DNA of 64,000 nucleotides. Origin: Nitrosopumilus sp. Lineage in GTDB: Archaea; Thermoproteota; Nitrososphaeria; Nitrososphaerales; Nitrosopumilaceae. The position numbers were made by a program, and so were the translations under genes. The notes beneath the pieces are model-generated. The model ran no database searches. It was not told the origin of the DNA and was given only the letters and a program-made list of their open reading frames with translations. The stretch is taken from the NCBI GenBank assembly GCA_965238275.1, contig OZ250186.1, forward strand, positions 480,001 to 544,000, in the 5' to 3' direction. Each line of letters opens with the position of its first letter. Position 1 is the stretch's first letter. Below, in pieces: positions 28,869 through 39,717 of this stretch.

Positions 28869-29972
28869 CTATACCCTGATTGCAAGGCGGGATCGCATGT
28901 TTATTGCCACCATCGCTGTTATGGCAACCACCAGAACCACCATGACTACTGCGCCAAACTCCGGCACTATCATCTCGACTGTCTTCATCTTGATTAGAAT
29001 CAGGTCAATCTGCTCATCAACTTGTTCCACGGGGGCACCGTTGCGTATCATGTTGCGCAGCTCCTCGCGCATCAGAATCTCCACCTCTTCCATCAGCTCC
29101 CTCTCTCCGGCCTCGACTAGCGGTCCTTCAAGGAACTCATAGTTGTCAAGGTACGCCTTTGTGGCATAACTCAGTGCAAGATCGCCGTTGCCCTGCCTGT
29201 ACTCGGACTTTGCGTCCATGAGCAGGGTTTCAATCGTCTCGACATAGTCTAACAGGTCATCGCCCTCTTCTGTGGTTCCGGTAATCTCGTCAATCTCGTG
29301 GATTATTCCGCCTGCCAGGGTCTCTACCGTGTCAGGGTCTGCCACCTCATCGTACGCGGCCCAGAGTTCCCCGTAGAACTCTTCTATCTCCTCGGCCTCG
29401 TGGGCGTCAATGCCGGACTTTATCTCGTTGAAGATCTGCTGGGACCTCCAGACAAAGGCGGATCCGTCCTGGAACTCTGCTGCCTCCGTGATGGCGCCGT
29501 TGGTGACTGCCTCGCCGTACTCTGCAATGGACGTCTCCAGCAGGCCCTTCATGAGTAATAGTCTAAAGTTGGGGTCAGCGCTCACCCCTGCATCAACGAC
29601 TGCATTGCGCACAGTCTCTACCAGATCCTTTGCAGAATCAACTGCGCCCTGCGCCTGGTCCCTTGAGACGTCGACTGACGCCGTGTCCCTTAGCTCCAGC
29701 AGGACTGTCTGGAACCTTTCATCAAGGGCCGGGTCTGCATCCTGGAGTACAGGCTTCATGGAGTCGTACAGTTCTGCGATTGGGTGAGTCGCGTGGACGG
29801 CTGCAAGCTGTGCGTTTCTCTCGTCCAGGTTAAGTTCTATGGCCCAAAAGTGTCCCAGAGTCTCCTCAAGTGCTCCGGCAAACTCCAAGTCTGCACTCTT
29901 GTCTGCAAATGCACTTGGAAGCAACGATACCATGACAACTGATGCTACAAGAAATACCACAGAATGGTTCAT
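28869..29972 (-). CDS. PEFG-CTERM sorted surface protein
   Basis: Signal peptide; C-terminal VPEFG + TM + basic tail; AYLDNYEFLE motif. Confidence 0.85.
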   Translation of the reverse strand: MNHSVVFLVASVVMVSLLPSAFADKSADLEFAGALEETLGHFWAIELNLDERNAQLAAVHATHPIAELYDSMKPVLQDADPALDERFQTVLLELRDTASVDVSRDQAQGAVDSAKDLVETVRNAVVDAGVSADPNFRLLLMKGLLETSIAEYGEAVTNGAITEAAEFQDGSAFVWRSQQIFNEIKSGIDAHEAEEIEEFYGELWAAYDEVADPDTVETLAGGIIHEIDEITGTTEEGDDLLDYVETIETLLMDAKSEYRQGNGDLALSYATKAYLDNYEFLEGPLVEAGERELMEEVEILMREELRNMIRNGAPVEQVDEQIDLILIKMKTVEMIVPEFGAVVMVVLVVAITAMVAINMRSRLAIRV

Positions 29973-30142
29973 TGTTCAAATAACAAATATGGTATGTTTA
30001 AAGGGTCTGAGGATCATACAAATGTGTTTTATTAACATGGAACTAATGTCTAGAATTTGATATTCCGTACAAATCAGGCGGCATCCTTGTTGTTGTTGTT
30101 GTATCGGCACGGTTTTAAGCGCAGACACTCCCATTCCATTCC

Positions 30143-30454
30143 ATGACACCAGTAATGATAGTCTCCACATACCCGAACAGGAGTACCATCATGAAGATAG
30201 CAGAGATTCTGGTAAGCGAGAAGGCTGCTGCATGCGTCAACATCTCCGAGGTATCCTCGGTGTACTCGTGGAAGGGCAAGATAGAGAATGCATCAGAGTG
30301 CATTGCAATATTCAAGACCACAGACAAGAACAGGGAGTTGCTAAAGAAGAGGATAGCACAGACGCACCCCTACGATGTGCCCGAGATAATGGAGATTGAC
30401 GTTACCTCAGTCAACCTGCCGTACCTGGACTGGCTGGCAGAGTCTGCAGGATAG
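30143..30454 (+). CDS. cutA: Divalent-cation tolerance protein CutA
   Basis: AACVNI, SVYSWKG, HPYDVPEI. Confidence 0.95.
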   Translation: MTPVMIVSTYPNRSTIMKIAEILVSEKAAACVNISEVSSVYSWKGKIENASECIAIFKTTDKNRELLKKRIAQTHPYDVPEIMEIDVTSVNLPYLDWLAESAG

Positions 30455-30456
30455 CA

Positions 30457-31491
30457 TCACACGACGTATCTCAGTATGGCGACGATTCCCCCCATGTTTG
30501 AGACCCTCAGGCCGACATCAGTGGACGAATCCACGCTGTAGACGTTTACCCCCTTGCCCTCGGCATCGTTGAGCAGGTTGATCATGCTCTGCTCGTCGTT
30601 GTCCTGTATGGCCCGGTCTGAAAACACCAGCGATTCTACTGCGCCCATCTGGTTTGCCGTGACGGCCTCATCGAATCCCATGGCAAACTTTCTGCTCTTC
30701 TTGCTGACCATCACCATCACGTCGTCAATGAGCGAGGCGGCTCTTGCAAGCTTGTTGCCTGACATTATCTCCCTCATGGCCTGCGATCGCGTAAAGATGT
30801 AGATTCCGTCCTCGCCGCCAGAGTCGATTCCCTCTGCCATCCGGATGTCGTACCCTGCCATTCCCTTGAAGTTTGCAAGCCTTCTCTTGGTTTCGCCTGG
30901 CCCGAATATCACCACCACGTCCCCCTTCCTGAGGGTTGATGCGACGGCCTGCCGGACCTGTTCGAGGAATACCTCAAGCCGGAATCCGGTCTTGTATCTT
31001 TTTCCGCCCGCACCGGAGTACATGTTGGGGATGAACTCAAGGTGCGTCCCCTTGAGCCTTGCAATGCCGCAGTCGCCGGTATCGATTGCGACCAGCACGA
31101 ATCCTGTCTGGTCCCTGCCTGATTTGAGCAGCCTCCTCTGGACCGGCAGCCACCTGTTTTTGGATACTGTGATGCCCTGGCCTGTCCTCACCACCAAAGA
31201 GTGGTGCGAGCCGTGGGGGACGGCCTCGTGGCTTGACTCGGCGATCGTTCCCTGTATTCTCAGCCTGTCCAACACGCCGTCCAGGGATATCTTCTCCACC
31301 TCCATGGAGATTCTGACATGGATCCGCTCGCCCTTGTCAGGCCTTGAATAGTCCCGGTCCTGTTTTATGACCCGGGTGGTGTCCCCTGCGACCCTGTCGC
31401 CGCTCTGTATTATTCTCCGCAGGTTCAAGAGATCGTCTGAATCCTCGGGCATTACGGCGACTGCGTTATCATCAATACTCTTTATGATCAT
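30457..31491 (-). CDS. pelA: mRNA surveillance protein aPelota
   Basis: PEDSDDLLNLRRII, HHSL, eRF1-like domains, GGIVAILRY. Confidence 0.92.
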   Translation of the reverse strand: MIIKSIDDNAVAVMPEDSDDLLNLRRIIQSGDRVAGDTTRVIKQDRDYSRPDKGERIHVRISMEVEKISLDGVLDRLRIQGTIAESSHEAVPHGSHHSLVVRTGQGITVSKNRWLPVQRRLLKSGRDQTGFVLVAIDTGDCGIARLKGTHLEFIPNMYSGAGGKRYKTGFRLEVFLEQVRQAVASTLRKGDVVVIFGPGETKRRLANFKGMAGYDIRMAEGIDSGGEDGIYIFTRSQAMREIMSGNKLARAASLIDDVMVMVSKKSRKFAMGFDEAVTANQMGAVESLVFSDRAIQDNDEQSMINLLNDAEGKGVNVYSVDSSTDVGLRVSNMGGIVAILRYVV

Positions 31492-31526
31492 GTAATGTCA
31501 TTTCCTGTATGCAAAGAGAAAAGAGT

Positions 31527-31940
31527 TTAGTCCGCAGCGGAATCTGTCTTCTCCTGGGCCTTTTTCTTCAGGTACGACTCGACCCAATCCAGGGTAAGGA
31601 CGCCTGATTCTGCCAGGTTTGTAAGCGAGTTTGCAGACGCCTCGCCTGTGACCTTGCCGTTGTTTCTTCGTAATTGGCGCCACTTTAGCGACGTGTTCCC
31701 GCTCTTTGAGTTGTAGATGATCCCAAGTATGTCCCGTGCGTTTACAAACGTGATGTCCCGGATCTTCTTGAGTGTTACCTTGTCTGCGGCTTCAACGTAG
31801 ATTGCACCCTTGGCATCCTCCCTTTCTGCAAAGATCTCATAGTCTCCAAGATAGCTTCTTGGCGCATAGGACTTGCATGTGCTTGATATGACAAACCTTC
31901 TAAAGCTTTCTAGCGATGCAGGAATGTCAATTGCAACCAT
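31527..31940 (-). CDS. Hypothetical protein
   Basis: 137-aa ORF co-oriented with pelA and filling the gap. Confidence 0.65.
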   Translation of the reverse strand: MVAIDIPASLESFRRFVISSTCKSYAPRSYLGDYEIFAEREDAKGAIYVEAADKVTLKKIRDITFVNARDILGIIYNSKSGNTSLKWRQLRRNNGKVTGEASANSLTNLAESGVLTLDWVESYLKKKAQEKTDSAAD

Positions 31941-32139
31941 TTTGACTGATTACGGGACTAGCCATTTATCAAGCTTCTTGAAAGATTCAAAAGGAATTCA
32001 TACATGAGAGGGCATGCGGGCCGTGATGAGCCTATCCCTTTGAGTAATAATGATGATGAGGATCTTGAGTTCTGAGCCCTGCACCATGACATGGTTTGAC
32101 TTCCTGATGGTTTTAATTGGACGCAGTGTCATGCACAAC

Positions 32140-32559
32140 ATGAAGTCGCTTACCGAGTACCTGACGTTTCACGTGGATACGCGGAGGGCCTTTGTCAACA
32201 TAACGCCGGATGTCGGCAGCCTTGTTGAGAAGAGCGGGGTGCGGGAGGGACTGTGCCTTGTGAATGCAATGCACATCACTGCCAGCGTCTTCATTAATGA
32301 CAACGAGGAGGGGCTTCATGCAGACTATGAGAAGTGGTTGGAGGGTCTGGCGCCGCACGAGCCCACAGAACAGTACCTTCACAACAGGACCGGCGAGGAC
32401 AACGCCGATGCCCACCTGAAACGGCAGGTGATGGGAAGGGAGGTCGTGGTTGCTATAACCGGCGGGAGGCTGGACTTTGGACCCTGGGAGGCCATATTTT
32501 ATGGCGAGTTTGACGGAAGGCGGCCAAAACGGGTGCTGGTAAAGATCATCGGGGAATGA
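32140..32559 (+). CDS. yjbQ: YjbQ (UPF0047) family protein
   Basis: [24 protein letters not shown]. Confidence 0.92.
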   Translation: MKSLTEYLTFHVDTRRAFVNITPDVGSLVEKSGVREGLCLVNAMHITASVFINDNEEGLHADYEKWLEGLAPHEPTEQYLHNRTGEDNADAHLKRQVMGREVVVAITGGRLDFGPWEAIFYGEFDGRRPKRVLVKIIGE

Positions 32560-32724
32560 TTAGCCAAAGTCGACATCGCGCTTTTGGCTTTGGGACTGGT
32601 TCTTCCTTGCAGACTCCCGGAATGCATCGTCGTGGTTTTGTGGTCCGTGCCCGCATTTTACGCAGGCTATCTTGAATCCGTCCTCGTACTTTTCATATGT
32701 CTGACATCCGCAGAAACAGGCCAT
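32560..32724 (-). CDS. Small Cys/His-rich putative metal-binding protein, 54 aa
   Basis: Hand translation MACFCGCQTYEKYEDGFKIACVKCGHGPQNHD...; stop codon abuts the yjbQ stop. Confidence 0.6.
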   Translation of the reverse strand: MACFCGCQTYEKYEDGFKIACVKCGHGPQNHDDAFRESARKNQSQSQKRDVDFG

Positions 32725-33215
32725 GACGGTGTGGGGAGTTTGATGGGATATATCTCTATACCGAGGCAGACGTGGTGGCTAGCATGTCGTGTCATGATGG
32801 AATGGGACCAGCAGTTTGGATGAGTTATGCCCCGAAAGGTGTCTCAAGTGATATGATGCAGTCGATATCGGGTTCTACATGAGAGCAACGAGACGGTTTG
32901 GAGTAGTGGGGTGTATTGCATCATGCAGATTGCTATGACAAATTTGAATATGGTTGGAGGTTTCCTAACGCGGTTCTGAGATTCTCGGAATTTGTTCCGG
33001 ACAATATGCCACACCGCAAGTCCGAAGATGATCATATTACTATGTACTCTGTGCTTAACGACCAAATCCTGTTGGGCCCCGGTACAGAATCCTCAAGGGA
33101 TCGTCGTCATGACAGATGGGCATACTGACGAATTCGGAGGGGAGGTGTCCTTGACCAAAGGCAGATTTGGCAGGATGGATGCCAATCCTCAATAATGAAA
33201 AGTATCCCATAACGT

Positions 33216-33245
33216 TTCCTGCATTTCCTTTATTCCGTGGAATTT
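33216..33245 (+). repeat. 30-bp direct repeat, left copy
   Basis: TTCCTGCATTTCCTTTATTCCGTGGAATTT; 26/30 identical to 35040-35069. Confidence 0.75.
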
Positions 33246-33324
33246 CAGCAAACATGGCGATCCCCGATGTCCACAGGTTTGTTTATTAAAATAGTTTTCA
33301 TCATATTACTGATCCCAGAAGCGT

Positions 33325-34722
33325 TCACACTTTCATGAAGTCTTTTTCCTTAAGAATTTTGGCGTTCTTTTCTTCAAATAGTCGTATTTCATCAATCCAG
33401 GCACTGTACCAATCCCTGAACTCTTTGTTGGTTCTTTGGAATCTGTTCCATTTTTTTACCTTAGAAGAATATATTGACGCTACGTCATTTTTGATCATGT
33501 CTAGATCTCCGGCCATTTTTCGCTCTCTTACCACCCAATCTATAAAATGAGTAAAAAACTCAAAAGATATTCTGCTTGATAATGATCTCTCAATGACATC
33601 ATCCAAAACAAAGTTTTTATCCCTCAATGAACGTAAAAATTCATCTTGGTTTTGAACGTTATATCCTACTAGAATTCCCAAATACAGTAATTTATCCTCT
33701 ATTTTGTGGGATTTGGGCTCAAATGTTTTCTCTTTTCTGATATTTGAGACTACGCTTAGACCTACACGCTGTTCATGAGATATGAGACCCCTGTACGTTT
33801 TACCCATAATTTGTTCTACCGTGATCAATTCACTTACTCCTCCTAACCGAATTGAGTCATATAGCGAAGTGCCGCCATTTGCAATCCATTTGAAAAACTG
33901 TACGATGTTAAGCTCATTAATGATTTCTCTTAAGATTGGCCAGTTATCCGAAATTAAAGGAAGCGCATCTGCATTTTGGATAAGGGCTCTAACAATTTTA
34001 GTAAAATTTTTTACATTGTCTCTATTCAATTCTTCAGGTCTAGTCTTGTCAAAATAGTTCATCACCAGTAAAAAGCCTAACGATGATAAACGGTATTTGG
34101 ATTTCTTAGCAGACGGGATTTCCAAAAGGAGTTTATTTGCAACCATGTCAGACAAAAGTCCATTCAGATCATTTCCCTGTTTCATTTTTGAGTTAAAACA
34201 GGCTGAAAGTTCTTGTAATGACTGTGGCCCATTCAAACCAAGTTCATAAAGTAGGGATATTCTTGGGGATGGTTTGTCAGGAATCGAATGAATTATGCCA
34301 AATTGATCTAAAAGTATCCCCCATCCTAAAAGAGCATATTCAAAACTATATCCCAACACAGTTCGTTCATAATTTGAAAAGAATTCTTCTAAAGGAAATG
34401 TTACATTGGGATTGATTTTGACGTCGTAAACAAAGAACCCAATTTCCCAAAACTCCTCAGAACTGATCCTCAAATCCTTGGACAGAACGTTTAATCCCTC
34501 ATCAGTTATCTCATAAAGTAGTTTTGCTCTACCACGGCCTTTCTTTTTTTCAGCAACCTCAACCATTTTTTTCTCATGTAAAATTTTCATCGAACCCATT
34601 ATAGCAGGATACTTGACGTCAAACTCCGTGCTTAATTCGGACTTGGTTTGTTTACCTTTGATCGCTAGATTTTTCAGGATATTGATCTGTCTATCATTTA
34701 GAACATGGTGTCGCCTGACCAA
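33325..34722 (-). CDS. Large AT-rich protein with at least two winged-helix domains
   Basis: N-terminal wHTH (..GRGRAKLLYEITDEG); second wHTH ending KYRLSSLG. Confidence 0.7.
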   Translation of the reverse strand: MVRRHHVLNDRQINILKNLAIKGKQTKSELSTEFDVKYPAIMGSMKILHEKKMVEVAEKKKGRGRAKLLYEITDEGLNVLSKDLRISSEEFWEIGFFVYDVKINPNVTFPLEEFFSNYERTVLGYSFEYALLGWGILLDQFGIIHSIPDKPSPRISLLYELGLNGPQSLQELSACFNSKMKQGNDLNGLLSDMVANKLLLEIPSAKKSKYRLSSLGFLLVMNYFDKTRPEELNRDNVKNFTKIVRALIQNADALPLISDNWPILREIINELNIVQFFKWIANGGTSLYDSIRLGGVSELITVEQIMGKTYRGLISHEQRVGLSVVSNIRKEKTFEPKSHKIEDKLLYLGILVGYNVQNQDEFLRSLRDKNFVLDDVIERSLSSRISFEFFTHFIDWVVRERKMAGDLDMIKNDVASIYSSKVKKWNRFQRTNKEFRDWYSAWIDEIRLFEEKNAKILKEKDFMKV

Positions 34723-34789
34723 ATCTAATTATAAGTGAAATAAACTTACTTATAAATTCACTTATATTTAGTCTCTGCCACAAAAACAC

Positions 34790-34984
34790 ATGCAAAAAGA
34801 GAGCCGAACATGCCCATTCTGCTATTCTGAGAAGATCAGATTCGAGGAAAAAGTATCAAACCCACTTTTTATTGCGATCAGCACACTCTTTGTTAATCTG
34901 AACACCGTGTTTGAGCGTAGGAAGCAAGTTCTGAAATGTAGCAAATGTGGATATGAAATCAATCCTAAGAATTTAAAACTGTAA
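34790..34984 (+). CDS. Small Zn-ribbon protein with central hydrophobic segment
   Basis: CPFC...LFIAISTLFV...CSKCGY. Confidence 0.65.
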   Translation: MQKESRTCPFCYSEKIRFEEKVSNPLFIAISTLFVNLNTVFERRKQVLKCSKCGYEINPKNLKL

Positions 34985-35039
34985 TTCATCTCAAACATGT
35001 TTGTAATATATCGAAATAATCAAAATTATGGCGCAGTGC

Positions 35040-35069
35040 TTCCCGCGTTTCCTTTATTCTGAGGAATTT
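35040..35069 (+). repeat. 30-bp direct repeat, right copy
   Basis: TTCCCGCGTTTCCTTTATTCTGAGGAATTT. Confidence 0.75.
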
Positions 35070-35330
35070 TAATGAGCTGTTTGAACCAAGGATAAAGATG
35101 GGATTTGAGTGTCACATGTAGGGAATGCCTTCCTTTTTCGTCATACTTTGGAGGAAAACGCCGTCTCTGGGACGTGGTTGCCTAGACGTGGCAGGGCACT
35201 TGCTTACCGAATGCGCGTGGCAGTTCATCCGGTGCGATCTTAGGGGGAGGACATGCATTATTCCTGAATGCCGTCTACTGTATGCGGGATGGGATGGCGG
35301 ACTGCTTCCATTGCAAGGTCTTGCGGCTCA

Positions 35331-35762
35331 TTATTTGTTCAGTCCCTTCATTCCAAGTGCGGGATCAAACCTTTCCCCGGTGACAAACATCTCGCCGATA
35401 AGCCGCAGCTTGGCCTCACCCAGTTCGCTTTGGACGTCGTCTCCTTCTAAGATCGGTTCGTCTGCGACTGTCAGGCGCTTTCCAAGCGCCAGGATTCCGG
35501 CCAGCTTCAGCGTCTTACCCAATATGATCACATGGTTCTGTAGCAGTTAGGTGATCCTTTCGGAGTCGTACACGGTCAGCTCGTCATACCGCTCGTTGTG
35601 ATCCAACTCCTTGATCGAGACAAGATGGTTCATGAATCTGTTAAGGGAATGGGTATACATGCAGATGGTCGAGTCCGAGTTCATGGCATGGTATAATATC
35701 CTGTATGACCTGTGCTGCTCCGAGAGTTTCTTTGCACGGTTGAGCCACTTTAGCTGCAACAT
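35331..35762 (-). pseudogene. Probable tyrosine-integrase relic (N-terminal region, catalytic core missing)
   Basis: Two same-frame ORFs separated by one TAA; RSYRILYHAMNSDST..YTHSLNRFM..YDEL..D pattern resembles archaeal integrase N-domains (recognised from memory). Confidence 0.4.
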
Positions 35763-35860
35763 CAGGTATTGTATAGCGCGTATCTAGTAAAAATAGTACA
35801 GAAATGGGTCATTAACAAACAAATATAGAAATTATCTTTGCGTTGGTGGTTTTCTTCAGA

Positions 35861-36751
35861 TTACCAGTATTGTGAATGTGCCCTGAGATACCTTCTCATA
35901 AACCACTGTAGGAATGGCATGTCGTCTTCCTTTACCTGTGATCTCTCTAGTGCATTATAATATGAGCGTCTGTCCGTGTATTCGATATCCAGTAGTGGAT
36001 AATCATGCCGGTTTAGCACATGGTTCATCATCAGCCGGGAGATTCTGCCATTTCCATCAACAAACGGATGCACCGTGACGAATTTAAGGTGCACAAGGGC
36101 CGCAAGTTCTACAGGATTAAGCGCTGTCCTGCTTGCATCATACCACCTAAAGAATCCACCCATCATAAGTGCCACCGCAGTATGTAAGGGTGGAACAAAT
36201 TTGCTTCCGCTTATCCCCACTTTTTGTCTGCGGATTTGTCCTGCGATGTCTGCCTGCGTACCCTCAAACAGTCTTTGATGCCATTCCTTGACAACATCCA
36301 GAGACAGATCACCATCCCGCCCCATCACATCAAGAAACAGCCCCTGATGTGCCTCGGCCTCCTTGACATCCCTGTTTGGCCTGTTTGGCGGGGTGACATC
36401 ATCCTCCAGCAAAAGTGTGGTGTCTCTCATGGTCAAGGCAGAACCCTCTATCCTTTGCGTGTTGTACGTGAACCTGATTGAGAAATTCCTGAGATTCTTC
36501 TCGAGCGCGGATTGTGGCATCTTTGATTTTTCCTTCCGAAAGCTGTCACGTATTGTCTCAAGTTTGGGTACCCATTCCGTTCTCTTTACAGACAGGACGA
36601 ATTCCTTCTTCAGATCCGTGACGTTCTCGGGTATCTCCTTTCCCAAGTATGCCTCATGCTGCCTTCGTGTAAGTCCCTTTGAGTCATAAACCATGTAGTA
36701 GTAGTCCCGGTTCCCCTTTCTTCTCTTTACTATACTCACCATGCATTCCAT
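35861..36751 (-). CDS. Fic-domain protein (class II, with inhibitory helix)
   Basis: HPFVDGNGRISR catalytic motif; TQRIEG inhibitory motif. Confidence 0.93.
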   Translation of the reverse strand: MECMVSIVKRRKGNRDYYYMVYDSKGLTRRQHEAYLGKEIPENVTDLKKEFVLSVKRTEWVPKLETIRDSFRKEKSKMPQSALEKNLRNFSIRFTYNTQRIEGSALTMRDTTLLLEDDVTPPNRPNRDVKEAEAHQGLFLDVMGRDGDLSLDVVKEWHQRLFEGTQADIAGQIRRQKVGISGSKFVPPLHTAVALMMGGFFRWYDASRTALNPVELAALVHLKFVTVHPFVDGNGRISRLMMNHVLNRHDYPLLDIEYTDRRSYYNALERSQVKEDDMPFLQWFMRRYLRAHSQYW

Positions 36752-37201
36752 TACCCAGGAAATTATTTAAGAATTACTAAAAACTACAAATATTCCAGGG
36801 TAAAATGATTCTAGGAAATTCCTGATCATCTGTGCCGGACTGGATTTTCTGCCATGTTATCTGGATACAGCACTCTATGCGACACCGGGATCCGTTGTAC
36901 GACGGGTATGGCTTGCCACGTTCTGAAATGTCTCCGGCCTGTACAAGAAGGAATCCTAGTCTTGCCCAATCCTGACTAACAGACATCATGCTGAGACTGA
37001 ACAGGATCGTTTGGACTGTTATACCGTTGGAACATGGGGCGCAGATTCCGTGAAATTGCCAATCCGGCTGCAAAACAGAGCCGGTAATGGCATGACATCA
37101 CCCTCCAGGCACCAACCGAAGGGGAATGCCTGCTTGAATGCCTGATTATCGGTAGAGAGATTGCCACAAAGATATAAAACTCAGACAGGATGTTTTCCTG
37201 T

Positions 37202-39388
37202 ATGAGCCAGAACTCTCTGTCACTCAAGGTACTAGAGGCGTACACCCGGGACGTTGGAAGGGGAGTTGCAAGGATCGACTACGATTCCATGGACACCCTC
37301 AATGCATCCACAGGCGACGTAATCGAGATCAAGGGCAAGAGAAGGACGGTTGCAAAGTGCCTTCCGCTGTATCCTTCTGACGAGGGAAAGGGGATAATCA
37401 GGATTGACGGGCTTGGCAGGAACAACTCCGGAATTGCGATCGGGGACACCATTGCAGTCAGAAAGATTAAGGCGGTAGCAGCAGAAAAGGTGGTGGTGGC
37501 ACCACTCGAGGCCATTCCGCCAATAGATGAGCGGTACCTTGCAGACGCACTGGAGAGCGTTCCATTAATCAAGGGCGACAACGTCATGGTTCCATACTTT
37601 GGCGGACGCCTGACATTCCAGGTGATCGGCGTTACGCCTGCAGTCGATGCGGTTCTGGTAACACAAAAGACGTTATTTCACATAGCAGAGAAGGGCGAGA
37701 CGCTGCGCGGCGTTCCGCAGGTAACCTATGAGGATATTGGAGGACTTACAGACGAGATAAAGAAGGTCAGGGAGATGATCGAGCTTCCGCTGAGGCACCC
37801 GGAGATATTTGAAAAGCTGGGAATTGAGGCGCCAAAGGGAGTAATGTTGTATGGTCCTCCCGGAACAGGCAAGACCCTGCTTGCAAAGGCAGTCGCCAAC
37901 GAGAGCAACGCCCACTTTATCAGTATATCAGGGCCCGAGATTATGAGCAAGTTTTACGGTGAAAGCGAGGCGCGCCTCAGGGAGATCTTCAAGGAAGCAA
38001 GAGAGAAAGTCCCATCCATAATATTCGTAGACGAGATAGACTCCATTGCACCAAAGAGGGAAGAGGTGACAGGAGAGGTCGAAAGAAGGGTGGTCTCCCA
38101 GATGCTCTCGCTCATGGACGGCCTTGAGGCAAGGGGCAAGGTGATTGTAATATCTGCGACAAACAGGCCAAACGCAATCGATCCCGCACTCAGAAGGCCC
38201 GGAAGGTTTGACAGGGAGATCGAGATCAAGGTGCCTAGCAAGAAGGGAAGAAAGGACATCCTTGCAATCCACAGCAGAAACATGCCGCTTTCAGACGATG
38301 TCAACATAGACAAGATGGCCTCAGTCAGCCACGGATACGTGGGGGCGGACCTGGAGTACCTCTGCAAGGAGGCTGCCATGAAGTGCCTGAGGAGGCTGCT
38401 GCCGATTCTCAACTTGGAGGAGGAAAAGATCCCCACAGAGACCCTGGACAAGCTTATCGTGAACCACGAGGACTTTACCAAGGCGCTAATCGAGATTACC
38501 CCGTCAGGCATGAGGGAGGTGTTCATTGAGAACCCCGATGTCATGTGGGACGACGTCGGAGGGCTGGAGGTTGTAAAGCGGGAGCTGCAGGAGGCAGTCG
38601 AATGGCCCATGAAGTATCCCGGCCTCTATGACAAGCTGGGCCACAGCATGCCAAGGGGAATTCTGTTGCACGGCCCAAGCGGCACGGGCAAGACGCTGCT
38701 TGCAAAGGCGGTGGCCACACAGAGCGAGGCAAACTTTGTATCGGTAAGGGGCCCGGAGCTCCTCTCAAAATGGGTCGGCGAGTCCGAAAGGGGCATCAGG
38801 GAGATCTTCAAGAGGGCGCGCCAGTCTGCGCCATGTGTCATATTCTTTGACGAGATAGACTCGATTGCGCCCGTTAGGGGCGCAGGCGGGGAGACTGCGG
38901 TGACAGAAAGGGTTGTCAGCCAGCTGCTCACGGAACTGGACGGAATGGAGAACATGCACGGTGTCGTGGTGCTTGCAGCAACAAACAGGGCAGACATGAT
39001 AGACCCGGCGCTGCTCAGGCCCGGAAGGTTTGACAAGATAATTCAGATTCCACTGCCGGACAAGGAGAGCAGGATGAGCATACTGAAGATCAACGCAGCA
39101 CAGATACCCATAATTGATGACGTTACCGATCCCCAGCATGTCGACTTGAACAGGATTGCAGACCAGACCGACGGATTGAGCGGTGCTGACACGGCATCCA
39201 TTGCAAACACGGCAGTCTCGCTTGTCATTCACGAGTTTCTGGACTCCCATCCGGATGTCAAGGATATTGAAAATGACAAGCTCACGGCCAAGGTGACAAT
39301 GAAGCACTTTGAAGAGGCCGTAAAGAAGGTCAGGGAACAGAAGGATCTCAAGCTGGGCGAAAAGCTGGCAGTTACCTATTACAGGTAG
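37202..39388 (+). CDS. cdc48: Cdc48/VAT AAA+ ATPase
   Basis: Two AAA modules ([22 protein letters not shown]). Confidence 0.96.
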   Translation: MSQNSLSLKVLEAYTRDVGRGVARIDYDSMDTLNASTGDVIEIKGKRRTVAKCLPLYPSDEGKGIIRIDGLGRNNSGIAIGDTIAVRKIKAVAAEKVVVAPLEAIPPIDERYLADALESVPLIKGDNVMVPYFGGRLTFQVIGVTPAVDAVLVTQKTLFHIAEKGETLRGVPQVTYEDIGGLTDEIKKVREMIELPLRHPEIFEKLGIEAPKGVMLYGPPGTGKTLLAKAVANESNAHFISISGPEIMSKFYGESEARLREIFKEAREKVPSIIFVDEIDSIAPKREEVTGEVERRVVSQMLSLMDGLEARGKVIVISATNRPNAIDPALRRPGRFDREIEIKVPSKKGRKDILAIHSRNMPLSDDVNIDKMASVSHGYVGADLEYLCKEAAMKCLRRLLPILNLEEEKIPTETLDKLIVNHEDFTKALIEITPSGMREVFIENPDVMWDDVGGLEVVKRELQEAVEWPMKYPGLYDKLGHSMPRGILLHGPSGTGKTLLAKAVATQSEANFVSVRGPELLSKWVGESERGIREIFKRARQSAPCVIFFDEIDSIAPVRGAGGETAVTERVVSQLLTELDGMENMHGVVVLAATNRADMIDPALLRPGRFDKIIQIPLPDKESRMSILKINAAQIPIIDDVTDPQHVDLNRIADQTDGLSGADTASIANTAVSLVIHEFLDSHPDVKDIENDKLTAKVTMKHFEEAVKKVREQKDLKLGEKLAVTYYR

Positions 39389-39537
39389 TAGTAGTAGTAT
39401 TCTAGTGCGGTTTTGGCCTGTTTAAGGATGTCTTTGCGTGTCACTACAGTATGAAAAGCGTGTGGGGTATAGTACGATACTCTGCGGTACCGGGTGCGAA
39501 TCCAAGACTTTAATTAGTAGTTTTGTGAAACTAAGAT

Positions 39538-39717
39538 GTGTCTACTGCAGTGCAATATAGAATAATCAAGATATCTTCAGAACATGAGGCAAGAATGTTA
39601 GATATCTTGCTAGCTACAAGCCAGCAATTCAAAGCTGTCTCAAAAGATGAATACTACATTACTAAAAGCCAGTGTAATCTACTTACCAAGAAAAAAATAC
39701 CATACCAAAAATTATAA
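39538..39717 (+). CDS. Small hypothetical protein, 59 aa
   Basis: GTG start, VSTAVQYRIIKISSEHEARMLDILL...KKIPYQKL; stop overlaps next start (TAATG). Confidence 0.55.
   Translation: MSTAVQYRIIKISSEHEARMLDILLATSQQFKAVSKDEYYITKSQCNLLTKKKIPYQKL

Noticed and set aside
32820-33200. Short ORFs with HADCY and VMTDG words
   Set aside because: Fragmentary; possibly a pseudogene but not assignable
39455-39505. tRNA-like fragment (GGGTGCGAATCC)
   Set aside because: No acceptor, D or anticodon stems could be formed
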